DNA of 64,000 nucleotides, filler included, from an uncultured bacterium (lineage in GTDB: Bacteria; CAYJOG01), in assembly GCA_964371695.1 (NCBI GenBank). It is 17 parts of 17 records of this genome, joined end to end, with 100 filler letters (N's around TTAATTAATTAA, not from the genome) between each part and the next. Parts side by side here need not be neighbours in the genome. Positions count along the whole stretch, not along the records: positions 7,793 to 11,585 come from CAYJOG010000351.1; positions 11,686 to 15,401 come from CAYJOG010000352.1; positions 15,502 to 19,273 come from CAYJOG010000353.1; positions 19,374 to 23,125 come from CAYJOG010000354.1; 13 more parts are not named here. One strand, written 5' to 3'. The notes under the pieces are model-generated. The model did no database searches, had not been told where the DNA came from, and was given only the letters and a program-made list of their open reading frames with translations. Made by a program: the position numbers and the translations under genes. Positions 10,560-21,065 of this stretch are shown piece after piece. Each line of letters begins with the position of its first letter. The first letter of the stretch is position 1.

Positions 10560-11396
10560 TCAAGCCATCGGGTGCGCCGCCAGAAAACCCAGTATCAGGC
10601 TGTTGAACATGTCCACGCCCTCTACGTTGCAGGCGTGGGGGGCGTCGGGCATCACGGCCAGTTGCGCGCCGGGGATTCCCGCCGCCAGTTCGTCGCTGTG
10701 GCTTGGGTTGAGCAACTGGTCTTTGGCCGGTTTGATCACCAGCGTGGGGCAGCGGATTTCACCCAGCCGCGCCCGGCTGTCATAACCCTGAATGGCCAAA
10801 AACTGCCGGGCGTAACCGGCAAAATCGGGCATGCCGCCGCTCAGCATTTCCATCATGCCGCGAATAAGCGGTTTGTTGTCTTTCAGAAAACCCGGCGTGA
10901 AGTTGAGCGGCAGGGTGAAGGTGATGAGTTCATCCAGGCTCACCTGCTGGGTGGTGAGGGTTTCGGGCAGGATTTCTTCGTGGCCGGTGAGTTGTTTGAA
11001 CAGGGTCTTGAACAGGTTCTGCTCGTAGGGGCCGGGGGCGGGCAGCGTGGCGGCCAGCGTGAGGGTGTGGACTTTTTCGGGTGCTTGCAGGGCCATGGCC
11101 TGGGCGATCATGCCGCCCATGCTGATGCCCGCGACGTGGGCTTTTTCCAGTCCTTCGGCCTCCAGCACGGCCAATGCGTCCTGGGCCATGGCCTCGATGG
11201 TCCAGTGGGTCTCGGTGGAACTGGACTGCCCCACGCCCCGGTTGTCGGGCGTAATCAGACTGTAGTTTTTGAAGGCGGGCAGTTGCATCATCCAGCCCCG
11301 GCGGTCCACCCCCAGGCCCATGAGCAGCACCAGCGGCTCACCCTGGCCGGAAATGTCGTAATAAATCGTCGCGCCGTCTGCTTGAATGTAGGGCAT
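10560..11396 (-). CDS. Alpha/beta-fold hydrolase (3-oxoadipate enol-lactonase-like)
   Basis: DNRGVGQS, GISMGG nucleophile elbow, PTLVI..D, H near C-terminus. Confidence 0.9.
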   Translation of the reverse strand: MPYIQADGATIYYDISGQGEPLVLLMGLGVDRRGWMMQLPAFKNYSLITPDNRGVGQSSSTETHWTIEAMAQDALAVLEAEGLEKAHVAGISMGGMIAQAMALQAPEKVHTLTLAATLPAPGPYEQNLFKTLFKQLTGHEEILPETLTTQQVSLDELITFTLPLNFTPGFLKDNKPLIRGMMEMLSGGMPDFAGYARQFLAIQGYDSRARLGEIRCPTLVIKPAKDQLLNPSHSDELAAGIPGAQLAVMPDAPHACNVEGVDMFNSLILGFLAAHPMA

Positions 11397-11439
11397 GGTT
11401 GGCCTCCAGGGGTTCAAAAACCCCGGCCATGATATACCT

Positions 11440-11562
11440 GTAGCCCCGGCGTCTCGCCGGGAGAATAAAAACCGCCGCAGGCGACACAAAACAGAAGTTT
11501 TTCAGGGAAATATTGAAAAAACACAAACAAAGTGCGCGCGTCTGGCGTGGTTGCTACTCCCG
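11440..11562. repeat. REPIN copy with degraded second arm
   Basis: GTAGCCCCGGCGTCTCGCCGGGAG plus spacer matching reverse complement of 33588-33727. Confidence 0.85.
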
Positions 11563-11704
11563 ACAGTTCGAGCGGAGTCTTTCTGNNNNNNNNNNNNNNN
11601 NNNNNNNNNNNNNNNNNNNNNNNNNNNNNTTAATTAATTAANNNNNNNNNNNNNNNNNNNNNNNNNNNNNNNNNNNNNNNNNNNNTCAGTGGAAATCCAA
11701 TTTC

Positions 11705-12424
11705 TTAATACCGGGGCATGGGCCGCTGGTTGGCGTCGGCCACGCCAAGGGGTTCGCGGGGGCGCAGCAGGTGAGGGGGCACAAAGGCCATGGCCAGATC
11801 GGGGTGCAGCCCCAGCATCTGGAACACGCCGCCCGCCAGCAGGCCCAGAAAAAATCCTCCCGCGTGGGCCCCCTGGCTCACGTCGGGATATACATAGCCC
11901 CAGGCCAGTGTCAGGCCCGCCCAGAAGATCAGGTTCCAGCGCCAGCGCCGCACGAAAAAGCGAAGGGGTTGGGACAGATTGGGCGTGAGGCTCCACCACA
12001 GGCAAATGCCCATCAGCCCCGTGATGCCTCCGCTGGCCCCGATGGCGGGGGTGTGCGAAAGCACGATGTGCGCCACAAACCCCGTCACCGAGGCCGACAG
12101 AAACACCACCAGCAACACCAGCGCCCCCGCGCCCCGCTCCACCCGCTCGCCCAGCACGTTCAGCGCGATGAGGTTCAGGATGAGATGGGCTGGATAGGCG
12201 TGTAGAAAACCGGCGTAAAAAAGCCGGGGATATTCCTGCTGGAACAACACCGGATAGTTCCAGGCCGCCAGCCGCCGCACCAGACTGTTGTCGATGCCCC
12301 GGAACTGCTGGGGCAGGCTGCTCCACAGATAAAGGCCAATCAGCACCAGTGACAGCACGTTCACCATACTCAGCAGCGGGCGGGGCTGGGCTTCGGTCTT
12401 TGACACCACGCCATGGTAATGCAA
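11705..12424 (-). CDS. Rhomboid-family intramembrane serine protease
   Basis: [17 protein letters not shown] catalytic Ser, AHAGG catalytic His; start uncertain. Confidence 0.85.
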   Translation of the reverse strand: MHYHGVVSKTEAQPRPLLSMVNVLSLVLIGLYLWSSLPQQFRGIDNSLVRRLAAWNYPVLFQQEYPRLFYAGFLHAYPAHLILNLIALNVLGERVERGAGALVLLVVFLSASVTGFVAHIVLSHTPAIGASGGITGLMGICLWWSLTPNLSQPLRFFVRRWRWNLIFWAGLTLAWGYVYPDVSQGAHAGGFFLGLLAGGVFQMLGLHPDLAMAFVPPHLLRPREPLGVADANQRPMPRY

Positions 12425-12588
12425 CCTGCGCCGGGGCCGGGGTCAAAAAACAGGCAAAAACACTCTGTTTTAGCCACTTCGGCGATGATTTCGCGGGGCC
12501 TTTACAGGAGCAGACCCGGCGCTATGCTATGCCGCCGTGTTTTACCCCCGGTGGTTTTCCGGGGGCCATTTTCCCAAGGGGGTATCCC

Positions 12589-14649
12589 ATGAACTTGATA
12601 AACGCCGTGGTGCAGGGGGGCTTTGCCATTTCCCTGCTGGGCATTCTGGGCGGCATCGCCCTTTATTTCTGGGTCGCCAAACAAGAGGCGGGCAACGAGC
12701 GCATGATGTTCATCGCCGACCAGATTCACACGGGGGCCATGGCGTTCCTCAAAAAGGAATACACCTATCTGGCGGTGTTCATTGTGGTGGTGGCGGGGCT
12801 GCTGGCTGGGTTTATTTCACCCAACACGGCGGTGGCTTTTGTGGTGGGGGCGCTGCTTTCCATCCTGGCGGGTTTTCTGGGCATGAAGGCGGCCACCCGC
12901 GCCAATGTGCGCACCACCCAGGCGGCCTTTAAACACGGCGAGGGCAAGGCCCTGATTCTGGCTTATGGTGGTGGCTCGGTGATGGGTCTGGCGGTGGCCA
13001 GCCTGGGGCTTTTGGCAGTGGCCATTTTTTATGTGGCCTATCTGCAGGGCCATGAGGGCAAAGAACTGGCCGAAACGGCTCACGACATGGCGGGCTTGGC
13101 CATGGGGGCCACGAGCATTGCCCTGTTTGCCCGCGTGGGGGGTGGCATCTACACCAAAGCCGCTGACGTGGGAGCCGACCTGGTGGGCAAGATTGAGGCG
13201 GGCATTCCTGAAGACGACCCGCGAAACCCCGCCGTGATCGCCGACAACGTGGGCGACAACGTGGGCGACGTGGCCGGGATGGGTGCGGACATTTTTGAGA
13301 GTTATGTAGACAGTCTGGTGGCCACCATGGTCATCGGAGCCACCACGGCGGCGTTCATCGCCAACCCGGCGGTGCAGGCCAAAGCAGTGATCCTGCCCAT
13401 TCTGTTGGCGTGTGTGGGGCTGGTCAGTTCCTTTGTGGGCATCGGCTCCATTGTGGTGCTCAAAAACTTCAGCCCCCAGGCCGCGCTGCGTTATTCCACT
13501 TTTGTGGCGGCGGGTCTGTTCACGGCCATCACCTATCCGATTTTGCAGCGGTATTTTGGCGATCTTGGTCAGGCCATCACCCTGTCGGGGGGCAAAAGCG
13601 GTTCGGCGTTTGGCCTGTTCATGGCGCTGATGTCCGGCTTGGTGTCTGGCATGTTGATTGGTCTGGTGACGGAGTATTACACCAGCGCCAAACCCATCCG
13701 CGAAGTGGCCGAAGCGGGTCAGACCGGCCCGGCCACCAACATCATCGCCGGTTTGGCGGTGGGCATGGAAAGCACCATCGGCCCGGTGCTGATTCTGGCG
13801 GCCACCATCTATGCCAGTTTTTACTTTGCCGGTCTTTATGGCATTGGTCTGGCGGCGGTGGGCATTCTGGCCACGGTGGGTGTGACCATGACGGTGGACG
13901 CCTACGGCCCCATCGCCGATAACGCGGGCGGCATCGCCGAAATGGCTGAGCTTGGCCCCGAAACCCGCAAGATCACCGACGGTCTCGACGCCATCGGAAA
14001 CACCACGGCGGCCATCGGCAAGGGCTTTGGCATCGGCAGCGCGGCGCTCACGGTGGTGGCGCTGTTCACTGCCTATGGCGCACTGGTAAAGCTTGAACAC
14101 ATTGACATCAAAGACCCCCTGGTGACGGTGGGCCTGCTGCTGGGCGGCATTCTGCCGTTCTTCCTCTCGGCGGTCACCATGCGGGCCGTGGGCAAGGCGG
14201 CCTTTGAAATGATCAAAGAGGTGCGCCGCCAGTTCAAGGAAATCCCCGGCCTGATGGAGGGCAAAGCCCAGCCCGACAGCGCCCGCTGCGTGAGCATCAG
14301 CACCGCTGCCGCACTCAAGGAAATGATGCTGCCCGGCCTGGTGGCCGTGGCCACGCCGGTGCTGGTGGGCAAGTTTCTGGGGCCGACGGCCCTGGGGGGC
14401 CTGCTGGCGGGCACCATCGTGGTGGGCATGATGATGTCGTTTTTCATGGCCAACGCCGGTGGCGCGTGGGACAACGCCAAGAAATATATCGAAAAAGGCA
14501 ACCTGGGCGGCAAGGGCAGCGACACCCACAAGGCCGCCGTGGTGGGCGACACCGTGGGCGATCCCTTCAAGGACACTTCCGGCCCGGCGGTGGGCATTCT
14601 CATCAAGCTGGTGGGCGTGGTGTCACTGGTGATCGCGGTGATTCTGTAA
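12589..14649 (+). CDS. hppA: Membrane-integral pyrophosphatase, K+-dependent type (likely Na+-translocating)
   Basis: [53 protein letters not shown]. Confidence 0.95.
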   Translation: MNLINAVVQGGFAISLLGILGGIALYFWVAKQEAGNERMMFIADQIHTGAMAFLKKEYTYLAVFIVVVAGLLAGFISPNTAVAFVVGALLSILAGFLGMKAATRANVRTTQAAFKHGEGKALILAYGGGSVMGLAVASLGLLAVAIFYVAYLQGHEGKELAETAHDMAGLAMGATSIALFARVGGGIYTKAADVGADLVGKIEAGIPEDDPRNPAVIADNVGDNVGDVAGMGADIFESYVDSLVATMVIGATTAAFIANPAVQAKAVILPILLACVGLVSSFVGIGSIVVLKNFSPQAALRYSTFVAAGLFTAITYPILQRYFGDLGQAITLSGGKSGSAFGLFMALMSGLVSGMLIGLVTEYYTSAKPIREVAEAGQTGPATNIIAGLAVGMESTIGPVLILAATIYASFYFAGLYGIGLAAVGILATVGVTMTVDAYGPIADNAGGIAEMAELGPETRKITDGLDAIGNTTAAIGKGFGIGSAALTVVALFTAYGALVKLEHIDIKDPLVTVGLLLGGILPFFLSAVTMRAVGKAAFEMIKEVRRQFKEIPGLMEGKAQPDSARCVSISTAAALKEMMLPGLVAVATPVLVGKFLGPTALGGLLAGTIVVGMMMSFFMANAGGAWDNAKKYIEKGNLGGKGSDTHKAAVVGDTVGDPFKDTSGPAVGILIKLVGVVSLVIAVIL

Positions 14650-14675
14650 CCCGCTGCTTTTTAATGTGGTTCCCG

Positions 14676-14706
14676 AAACCCCGCCCCTGTGGCGGGGTTT
14701 TTTATT
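14676..14706 (+). terminator. Rho-independent terminator after hppA
   Basis: AAACCCCGCC-CCTGT-GGCGGGGTTT followed by T-run. Confidence 0.8.
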
Positions 14707-14728
14707 GTGTCTGCACGATAATGCTCCC

Positions 14729-15401
14729 ATGCGCCGAGGCGGGTCATGGTTTCACCGGCTGGGGTGGCTTGTTTTTTCGGTGCTGCTGTTTGTGGTGTTG
14801 CTGGACCGGGGTGTGGCGTGGTGGTTTGGTTCCCGCCAGGGCGCACCAGACGTTTCAAAAATCTTCACACCCTATCCGGGACAGAAATGCATGAATTACA
14901 GCCCGGCTCCGGGTGGCAAGGATTTCTGGGAGAGACAATACAAAGCGAAAGCGGCAGCCCAGGGCCAGATTCTGATTCTGGGCGACAGCGTGGCGGCAGC
15001 GAACGATAAAAACGCCTGGCCTTGGCTGATTCATTCACAACTGGAAAACGCCGTGGGCAAAAAGCTGGATTTGAACATCAAGGTGGCGGCGCGGCCGGGT
15101 TGGGGATCTGAAGAACGCGAAAAGGCGCTGGCGCAACACCGCCCCCGGCTTTTTACCGCCTTCAAAGGCCGCAGCTTTGTTTTGTGGGTCATCACGCCCA
15201 ACGACCTGCTGGACGAAAACACCGTGTTGCTGAGCGGCAATGGTACGCGGATTTCGGGTGTGTGCCGGGACAAAGCCAGCGTGTGTAAAAACATTTTTCT
15301 GGAACCCGCCATCACGGGGTTGCTCCCGTTTTTGAAGTGGAAAAAACAGTCGCGCCAGAACACGGTTTCTGTTGAGGCCGCCCTGGCGGGCAGCGCCGGT
15401 G
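14729..15401 (+). CDS. Membrane-anchored SGNH/GDSL-like protein, 3' truncated
   Basis: N-terminal TM, ILILGDSV block I, ARPGWG block II, PND block III. Confidence 0.55.
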
Positions 15402-15511
15402 NNNNNNNNNNNNNNNNNNNNNNNNNNNNNNNNNNNNNNNNNNNNTTAATTAATTAANNNNNNNNNNNNNNNNNNNNNNNNNNNNNNNNNNNNNNNNNNN
15501 NAAATGAGGCC

Positions 15512-16000
15512 ATGCCCATGCACCGGTGGAAGCTCTGGCTGATGGCCGTTCTGGTGATTCCGGCGGCCCTCAGGGCCAGCCCGGTGAACATCGTCACCAC
15601 CAATCCGGCCAATGAGCTGCCCACAGGATTTCTTCAGACCGCAGAGTCCCTGAGCAACGAATGGGCCAAGGTGCGCCGGTTACGTAACGGCAACGTCATC
15701 ACCACCCAGCTCAAAACCCTGCGGGTGATGGCCGCCACTCATCCCAACGACCCAGACGTGAAGTGCTGGCTGGGGGTTGCCAACCTGCTCATGGCCCAGC
15801 GCCTGGACAAAAGCCGTTTCAAATACACCAAGGCCGCCACCGATGCGCTTTCTGCCGCCAAGGGCCTGCACACCGACAACATCTGTTTTCAGTGTGTGCT
15901 CATCAACAAGATGCGCGAGGCGGGGAACATGAGTCTGCGCGGACAACTCAGCGCCACCGACGAACAGTGCACCATGTTGCCCCAGGCCCCGGCCAATTGA
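15512..16000 (+). CDS. Hypothetical secreted helical protein
   Basis: Signal-peptide-like N-terminus, GAGG RBS, four Cys. Confidence 0.55.
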   Translation: MPMHRWKLWLMAVLVIPAALRASPVNIVTTNPANELPTGFLQTAESLSNEWAKVRRLRNGNVITTQLKTLRVMAATHPNDPDVKCWLGVANLLMAQRLDKSRFKYTKAATDALSAAKGLHTDNICFQCVLINKMREAGNMSLRGQLSATDEQCTMLPQAPAN

Positions 16001-16102
16001 AGACTGCCCACGCTGGGGAGATGGTCACGGGCCGGACAACACAGAGTTCCCACGGGTGTTAACAACCGTTGCATAATGTGTGTTCCCAGTTAAGGAGGGA
16101 GC

Positions 16103-16450
16103 ATGGCCTTTTCCATTGTTTCCAAAGATGAAAAACAGATGGTGCTGCGTTTTACCGGTGAGATAGACCTGTTCGCCGCACGAGACCTGAAACCCCAACT
16201 CAACCAGTTGGCTGAAGAAAACCCCCTGAACGTGGTGGTGGACCTCACCCAGGCCCAATATCTGGATTCCAGCGCCCTGGGCCTCTTGATTGGCCTGCGC
16301 AAGCGGGTGCTGGGGCACGGCAAAAAACTGGTGGTGGCGGTGCAGGGGCCGGGTATCCGCAAGTTGTTTGAACTGAGTGACCTGGACCAGATGTTTACCC
16401 TGGTCGAGGGTTTGTCTGCCGCCCAGGAGGCCCTGGGGTCCGCGCCATGA
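16103..16450 (+). CDS. rsbV: Anti-sigma factor antagonist (STAS, RsbV/SpoIIAA-like)
   Basis: GEIDL..A, VDL..YLDSSALG; AAGGAGG RBS. Confidence 0.88.
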   Translation: MAFSIVSKDEKQMVLRFTGEIDLFAARDLKPQLNQLAEENPLNVVVDLTQAQYLDSSALGLLIGLRKRVLGHGKKLVVAVQGPGIRKLFELSDLDQMFTLVEGLSAAQEALGSAP

Positions 16451-16866
16451 CCTGCCTGGCCACCTTCACCTTCACCCCCAGCCCCGTGGGTTTGCGGGCC
16501 ATGCGGCTGTTCATCAAAACCTATGCCGATGGCGCGGGACTGGACTTTGAAACCGCCAATGACCTGTGTGTGGCTGCGGGTGAGGCGGTGAACAACGCCA
16601 TCGAGCACGGCGGCGCACCCGGCGAACCCCTCACCCTGCGGTGGTTTGAAAACAACGACGCCCTGGAGATCAGAATCCAGGACCGTTCCCCCCAAAAAGC
16701 TCCCGGCGGCAAAAAGGGGAAGGTGGACCTTGCCGTGGTGGAAGACCGTGAACGCGGCGTGGGGCTTTATCTCATGCAGGCGCTGGTGGATGAAGTGCGC
16801 GTAGCCCCCGGACCCAAAGGCGGCAACGAGGTGACCCTGGTGAAGCGAAAGGGGAACACGCCCTGA
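16447..16866 (+). CDS. rsbW: Anti-sigma factor Ser kinase (RsbW/SpoIIAB-like)
   Basis: EAVNNAIEHG N-box, RGVGLYLMQALVDEV; ATGA coupling. Confidence 0.88.
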   Translation: MTCLATFTFTPSPVGLRAMRLFIKTYADGAGLDFETANDLCVAAGEAVNNAIEHGGAPGEPLTLRWFENNDALEIRIQDRSPQKAPGGKKGKVDLAVVEDRERGVGLYLMQALVDEVRVAPGPKGGNEVTLVKRKGNTP

Positions 16867-16886
16867 GCGGCGAAATCGACAAAGAG

Positions 16887-17600
16887 TTGTTTGAGCGTTA
16901 CCTCCGCACCCGTTCACCCCAGGACAGGGAACCACTGGTGGCGCATTTCATGTGGCTGGCCGAGCACTTGGCCCGGCGGTTTGACCGGCGTGGCGAGCCG
17001 CTGGAAGACCTGAAGCAGGTGGCCGTCTACGCCCTCATTCTTTCCATTGACCGTTACGACCCCACGCTCAACAAAGAGTTCAAGGGCTACGCCGCCGCCA
17101 CCATTCTGGGAGAGATCAAAAAACACTTTCGTGACAAGGCCTGGCCCCTGCGCATTCCGCGCAAGGCACGGGGGTTTTCCAAAACCTTTGCCAAAGCTGC
17201 CGAGGAACTGGGCAAAAAGCTGGGGCGCACGCCGCGCTACAGCGAAGTGGCCGAAGCCCTGAACATGCCGGTGGAAGAAGTGATGGAGTACATGGAAATG
17301 AGCCAGAACTATGTGCTCATCAGCCTGAACCAGTCGGTGGGCGATTCTCGCAGCACCTATCAGGATCAGGTGACCGACGAGGAAGACCCCATTGCAAACA
17401 TGTTATCCAACCTGAGCGTGCATGATCTGGTGGACGTGCTGGACGAAACCGAACGCACCATCGTGCAGATGAAATATTTTGACCAGGTTTCCCAGGCTGC
17501 CATCAGCCGCCACCTGGGTGTGAACCAGATGATGACCAGCCGCCTTCACGACCGCGCCATCAAAAAACTTCGAGCGGCTTTTTTGAGCGGGGATGGTTAG
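16887..17600 (+). CDS. sigB: SigB/SigF/SigG-family RNA polymerase sigma factor (start may be CTG at 16863)
   Basis: LARRF..RGEPLEDLKQVA, DRYDP, TILGEIKKHFRDKAW.LRIPR, SQ..IS..LGVNQM..SRL. Confidence 0.85.
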   Translation: MFERYLRTRSPQDREPLVAHFMWLAEHLARRFDRRGEPLEDLKQVAVYALILSIDRYDPTLNKEFKGYAAATILGEIKKHFRDKAWPLRIPRKARGFSKTFAKAAEELGKKLGRTPRYSEVAEALNMPVEEVMEYMEMSQNYVLISLNQSVGDSRSTYQDQVTDEEDPIANMLSNLSVHDLVDVLDETERTIVQMKYFDQVSQAAISRHLGVNQMMTSRLHDRAIKKLRAAFLSGDG

Positions 17601-19197
17601 GCGCGTGCGGCCTTTGGCGCGATCTGGCTGGCTGCTGTTTGTTTTTCTGCTGATTCCCCATGGGTTGCTGGCGGTTCCCTGCAAGGAGTTCTCAAAACAA
17701 ATAACGCGCTTGAGACACTGCGTTGGCCAGCAAAACACTAAAAACCTTTTTAATCAAAAAACGCCACGGGTACTTCTGAAAATAGAAAAAAAGCGTGGCC
17801 GTTATCGGGTCAGGGCCACCCCCCCTCCATCGGACGCGTCTGTGGAGACTCTGCGAAAAAAACTTCAGGAGGAAGTTTCTGAAAATCCCAAGACGCTGTT
17901 TTCATCGTTTTCCCTGTTGCTGGGCAGTGGGCTGGGGTTTCTGATGATTTTTGGTTTTGGTCTGTTTCAGTCAGGATTTGGCCGGGCCAAAAATGCAGTG
18001 CATGTGTTCGCCACGCTTTTTTTGGGCGCCGCCGTGGCGCTCCTGGCCTTTTGGCTGATTGGTTTTGGACTGATGTTTGGCAAGGGCGAAAGCCCGTTGC
18101 TGGCTTCATCGGGCATCCTGATGCTGTCGGGAAAAGATTTCAGCCCCTTGGGGATGGTCCCATTCAAGGCCCTCGGTTTTTATTGGGTCTATCAGGGAGA
18201 TTATCCCGCTCTGGCGCTTTGGTCCGTTTCTCTTTATGTGAAGTTTCTTTTTTATGCTTCGATGGTCGTAGTGGGCATCGGGATTTATTCCGGCATCCTG
18301 GCTGAAAGGGTGCGGTTTTTCAGCAGCCTTGTTTTTGGTCTGGTGTGGGCAGGAATCATCTTTCCCATCGCCAGTCATTGGGCCTGGGGGACAGATCCCC
18401 ACCCAGGCATGGCGCTGAAGAATATCTTTTTAGACAATGCTGGGGCTGGTGTGCTGCATGTTTTTGCCGGCCTGTCGGGATTGGCGGGGCTGTTGTTGGT
18501 GGGGCCGCGAATCGGAAAATTTCGGCGCGATGGAGGGGCCAATCTGTTGCCGGGCCACAGCATGACCAACGTGTTTTTGGGGGCAGGGCTGCTGATGCCG
18601 GGGCTGCTGGGGTTCATTTTTGGCCGCACCCTGTCTGTCCCGGCGGTGATGGGCGCGGTGCTGGCCGCAGCATCGGGGGCTGTCTCTTCCACGTTGCTTG
18701 CGCTGCCCGTCAGCAAAAAACCAGACTTCGGCATGATGGTGCTCGGCTGCCTGGGGGCGCTTGTGGCGGTGAGCGGTTCCGCCGGAATCATCACTTTTCC
18801 CCAAGCCATCCTGTTGGGTTTTTTGAGCGGCGGGGTGGTTTTGCTGGGTGTGTTGCTGATGGACAAACTGAAGCTCGATGATCCCGCCGGTCTTGTGCCC
18901 GTGCATCTGTTCTGCGGCATTCTGGGCCTGCTGGCCGTGCCCTTTGCGCATCTTTCACAACGGGTTTCAAACCAAATGGATTTGCCGCTATTTTTTGGAC
19001 TGATGCGGGGCCAGGTGATTGGCCTGCTGGTGACGGGCCTGTTTGTTTTTTCAACCAGTTTGGTGACCTGGCTCATCATCCGTGCCACCATCGGCCTGCG
19101 GGTGAACGCCGAGGAAGAAGCCATGGGGCTGGATTACAGCCAGCACGGCAACGTGGCCTACCCCGATTTTCAGGGCCAGTTTCACCATTTGTCCTGA
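17593..19197 (+). CDS. Ammonium transporter (Amt) family protein, divergent, with N-terminal extension
   Basis: R.KN, AER..F, HWAWG, D.AG..VLH, GPRIGKF, DDP...VH, GLRV..EEE..GLD..HG..AY. Confidence 0.85.
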   Translation: MVRRVRPLARSGWLLFVFLLIPHGLLAVPCKEFSKQITRLRHCVGQQNTKNLFNQKTPRVLLKIEKKRGRYRVRATPPPSDASVETLRKKLQEEVSENPKTLFSSFSLLLGSGLGFLMIFGFGLFQSGFGRAKNAVHVFATLFLGAAVALLAFWLIGFGLMFGKGESPLLASSGILMLSGKDFSPLGMVPFKALGFYWVYQGDYPALALWSVSLYVKFLFYASMVVVGIGIYSGILAERVRFFSSLVFGLVWAGIIFPIASHWAWGTDPHPGMALKNIFLDNAGAGVLHVFAGLSGLAGLLLVGPRIGKFRRDGGANLLPGHSMTNVFLGAGLLMPGLLGFIFGRTLSVPAVMGAVLAAASGAVSSTLLALPVSKKPDFGMMVLGCLGALVAVSGSAGIITFPQAILLGFLSGGVVLLGVLLMDKLKLDDPAGLVPVHLFCGILGLLAVPFAHLSQRVSNQMDLPLFFGLMRGQVIGLLVTGLFVFSTSLVTWLIIRATIGLRVNAEEEAMGLDYSQHGNVAYPDFQGQFHHLS

Positions 19198-19273
19198 TAC
19201 CAATGAACATTCAAAACAGCAGAATGTTCATTGGTGGTGGGTTGCCAGCGGGGTGAGGACACCGCGCCTACTC
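19198..19273. repeat. Hairpin plus GTAG-type REP half at contig end
   Basis: ACCAATGAACATTC..GAATGTTCATTGGT; GCGGGGTGAGGACACCGCGCCTAC. Confidence 0.55.
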
Positions 19274-19373
19274 NNNNNNNNNNNNNNNNNNNNNNNNNNN
19301 NNNNNNNNNNNNNNNNNTTAATTAATTAANNNNNNNNNNNNNNNNNNNNNNNNNNNNNNNNNNNNNNNNNNNN

Positions 19374-20341
19374 CTACCGCCCTGCCCCACTGGCGAGAAC
19401 ACCCGTGAGGTTGCCGTAAATCATCAGATAAAGATAGGTGGCGGGTGTGGTGAGCAGCAGGCTGTCGCTGCGGTCGAGCACGCCGCCGTGGGAACCCAGC
19501 ATGGTGCCTGCATCTTTGACGCCGCTTTCGCGTTTGATGGCGCTCATGCCCAGATCGCCAAACAGGCCCATCATGCTCAGCAGCACCCCCAGCACCATGT
19601 AGTGATACAGGGGCCAGCCCCCCTTCACAAACCAGCCCACCACCGTGCAGCAGAGGCCGCCGGAAATGAGTCCCGCCAGTGCGCCCTCCCAGGTTTTTTT
19701 AGGGCTGAGGCGCGGTGAAAACAATTGATGGCCAAAAAAGCGTGGGCGGCGGTGGGGGGGGGGGGGGGGGGGCCCGGGCCCGGGGGCAGGNNNNNNNNNN
19801 CCCCCATATAGGCCCCTGAATCTGACCCCCAGGCCCCGCAAAAAGGCAACAGCATGAGCAGCGGCCCCATGGCGGCAGGCCCCCGGAACGCATCGGGAAA
19901 AACCTGGGGCAGCAGATAGTGAATATGCATGACAAAACTGAACATGCCCCCGACATAGAACGTGGCGAACACCGTGGCCCCGATGTCCCGCACCGAGCCT
20001 TCTTCCTTGCCCCGGTACACCAGCCGCATCTGTCCACCCAGGGCGCCCAGAATCACCAGGGCCGTCACCATGCCGAACAGTTCCCCCGTGCGCCAGCCCC
20101 AGTCCGGCGCAAGATGCTGCACCGTGGGAATGGCGAAATAAAGCACCGTGCCCCCAAAACCCAGCCAGGGCATGGGCCGCGCCCCCAGGTTGGTCATCAT
20201 GGCGAAAAACTCCTTGAGCATGACGAACGAAAAAAACAGGCTCACCGCAAGAAAGCTGTAATGCCCATGCACAATCACGCCGGTGAGCAGAAAAGCCCCC
20301 ACCGCGCCCACAATCAGACGGTTCTTGAATCTACGATCCAC
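19374..20341 (-). CDS. cdsA: Phosphatidate cytidylyltransferase (interrupted by low-quality poly-G/N stretch)
   Basis: SDSGAY..G, SPKKTWEG, GDL.MSAIKR..GVKDAG..L..HGGVLDR.DS; follows uppS. Confidence 0.92.
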
Positions 20342-21065
20342 GACGACGCTCCCTGCGCTGGTATTCCCGAAGACAGTTCACAAAGTCTTCCGGGTGGAAA
20401 TCCGGCCAGAGGGTATCCACAAAAACCAGTTCGGAATACGCCGCCTGCCAGACGAGAAAATTGCTCAGCCGCTGTTCGCCGCTGGTGCGAATGATGAGAT
20501 CAGGATCTTGCAGAGGGTATAACCCCAGAAACTTGCTGAAGGTTTCTTCGTTCAGGTCTTCGGGTTTGAGCTGGCCATTGTTCATGGCCTGATGGGCTTT
20601 TTGCACAGCCTGCAGCACGTCCTGCCTGCCGCCGTAATTCATGAGAATCTGGAGCATTTGCCGGGTGTTGTTTTCGGTGAGGGCCTCGGCCTCTTCAATC
20701 AGTTCGCGGGCGGTGTCCCGCAAAGATTCCTTCAGGCCCGGAAACCGCACGCGAATGCCGTTTTCGTGCAGCTCCGGCAGTTCCCTGAGAATCGTGTCTT
20801 CAAACACCTCAAAAATGGTTTCAATTTCCACTTCGCTGCGCTGCCAGTTTTCGGTGCTGAAGGTGTAGAGCGTGAGGCCGAACACACCGGCGTCGCGGGC
20901 CTGTTCCAGAATGGGTTTGACCCTGCGCACGCCTTCGCGGTGGCCCAGGTGTTTGACAAGCCCCCGCTGCTGCGCCCAGCGGCGGTTGCCATCCATGATG
21001 ATGCCCACGTGACGGGGAATCAGCGCCGGGTCCAGACCCAGTTCTTCGGCAGAGGGATATTTCAC
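20331..21065 (-). CDS. uppS: Undecaprenyl diphosphate synthase
   Basis: HVGIIMDGNRRWA, FSTENW.R, NYGGR, DLIIRTSGEQRLSNFL.WQ.AYSE. Confidence 0.95.
   Translation of the reverse strand: MKYPSAEELGLDPALIPRHVGIIMDGNRRWAQQRGLVKHLGHREGVRRVKPILEQARDAGVFGLTLYTFSTENWQRSEVEIETIFEVFEDTILRELPELHENGIRVRFPGLKESLRDTARELIEEAEALTENNTRQMLQILMNYGGRQDVLQAVQKAHQAMNNGQLKPEDLNEETFSKFLGLYPLQDPDLIIRTSGEQRLSNFLVWQAAYSELVFVDTLWPDFHPEDFVNCLREYQRRERRRGS

Noticed and set aside
12817-14529. Long antisense ORFs (also 36771-38513, 59087-61285, 31666-33267)
   Set aside because: Shadow frames of high-GC3 genes on the opposite strand, with no recognisable motifs.
16020-16100. SigB-type autoregulatory promoter before rsbV
   Set aside because: No GTTT-N12-15-GGGTAT match; only a CATAAT -10-like hexamer.
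19741-19810. Poly-G tract and frame break in cdsA (possible phase variation or G-quadruplex)
   Set aside because: Adjacent to Ns in an essential gene; typical low-quality read-end artifact. Same for 538-625 and 53650-53721.
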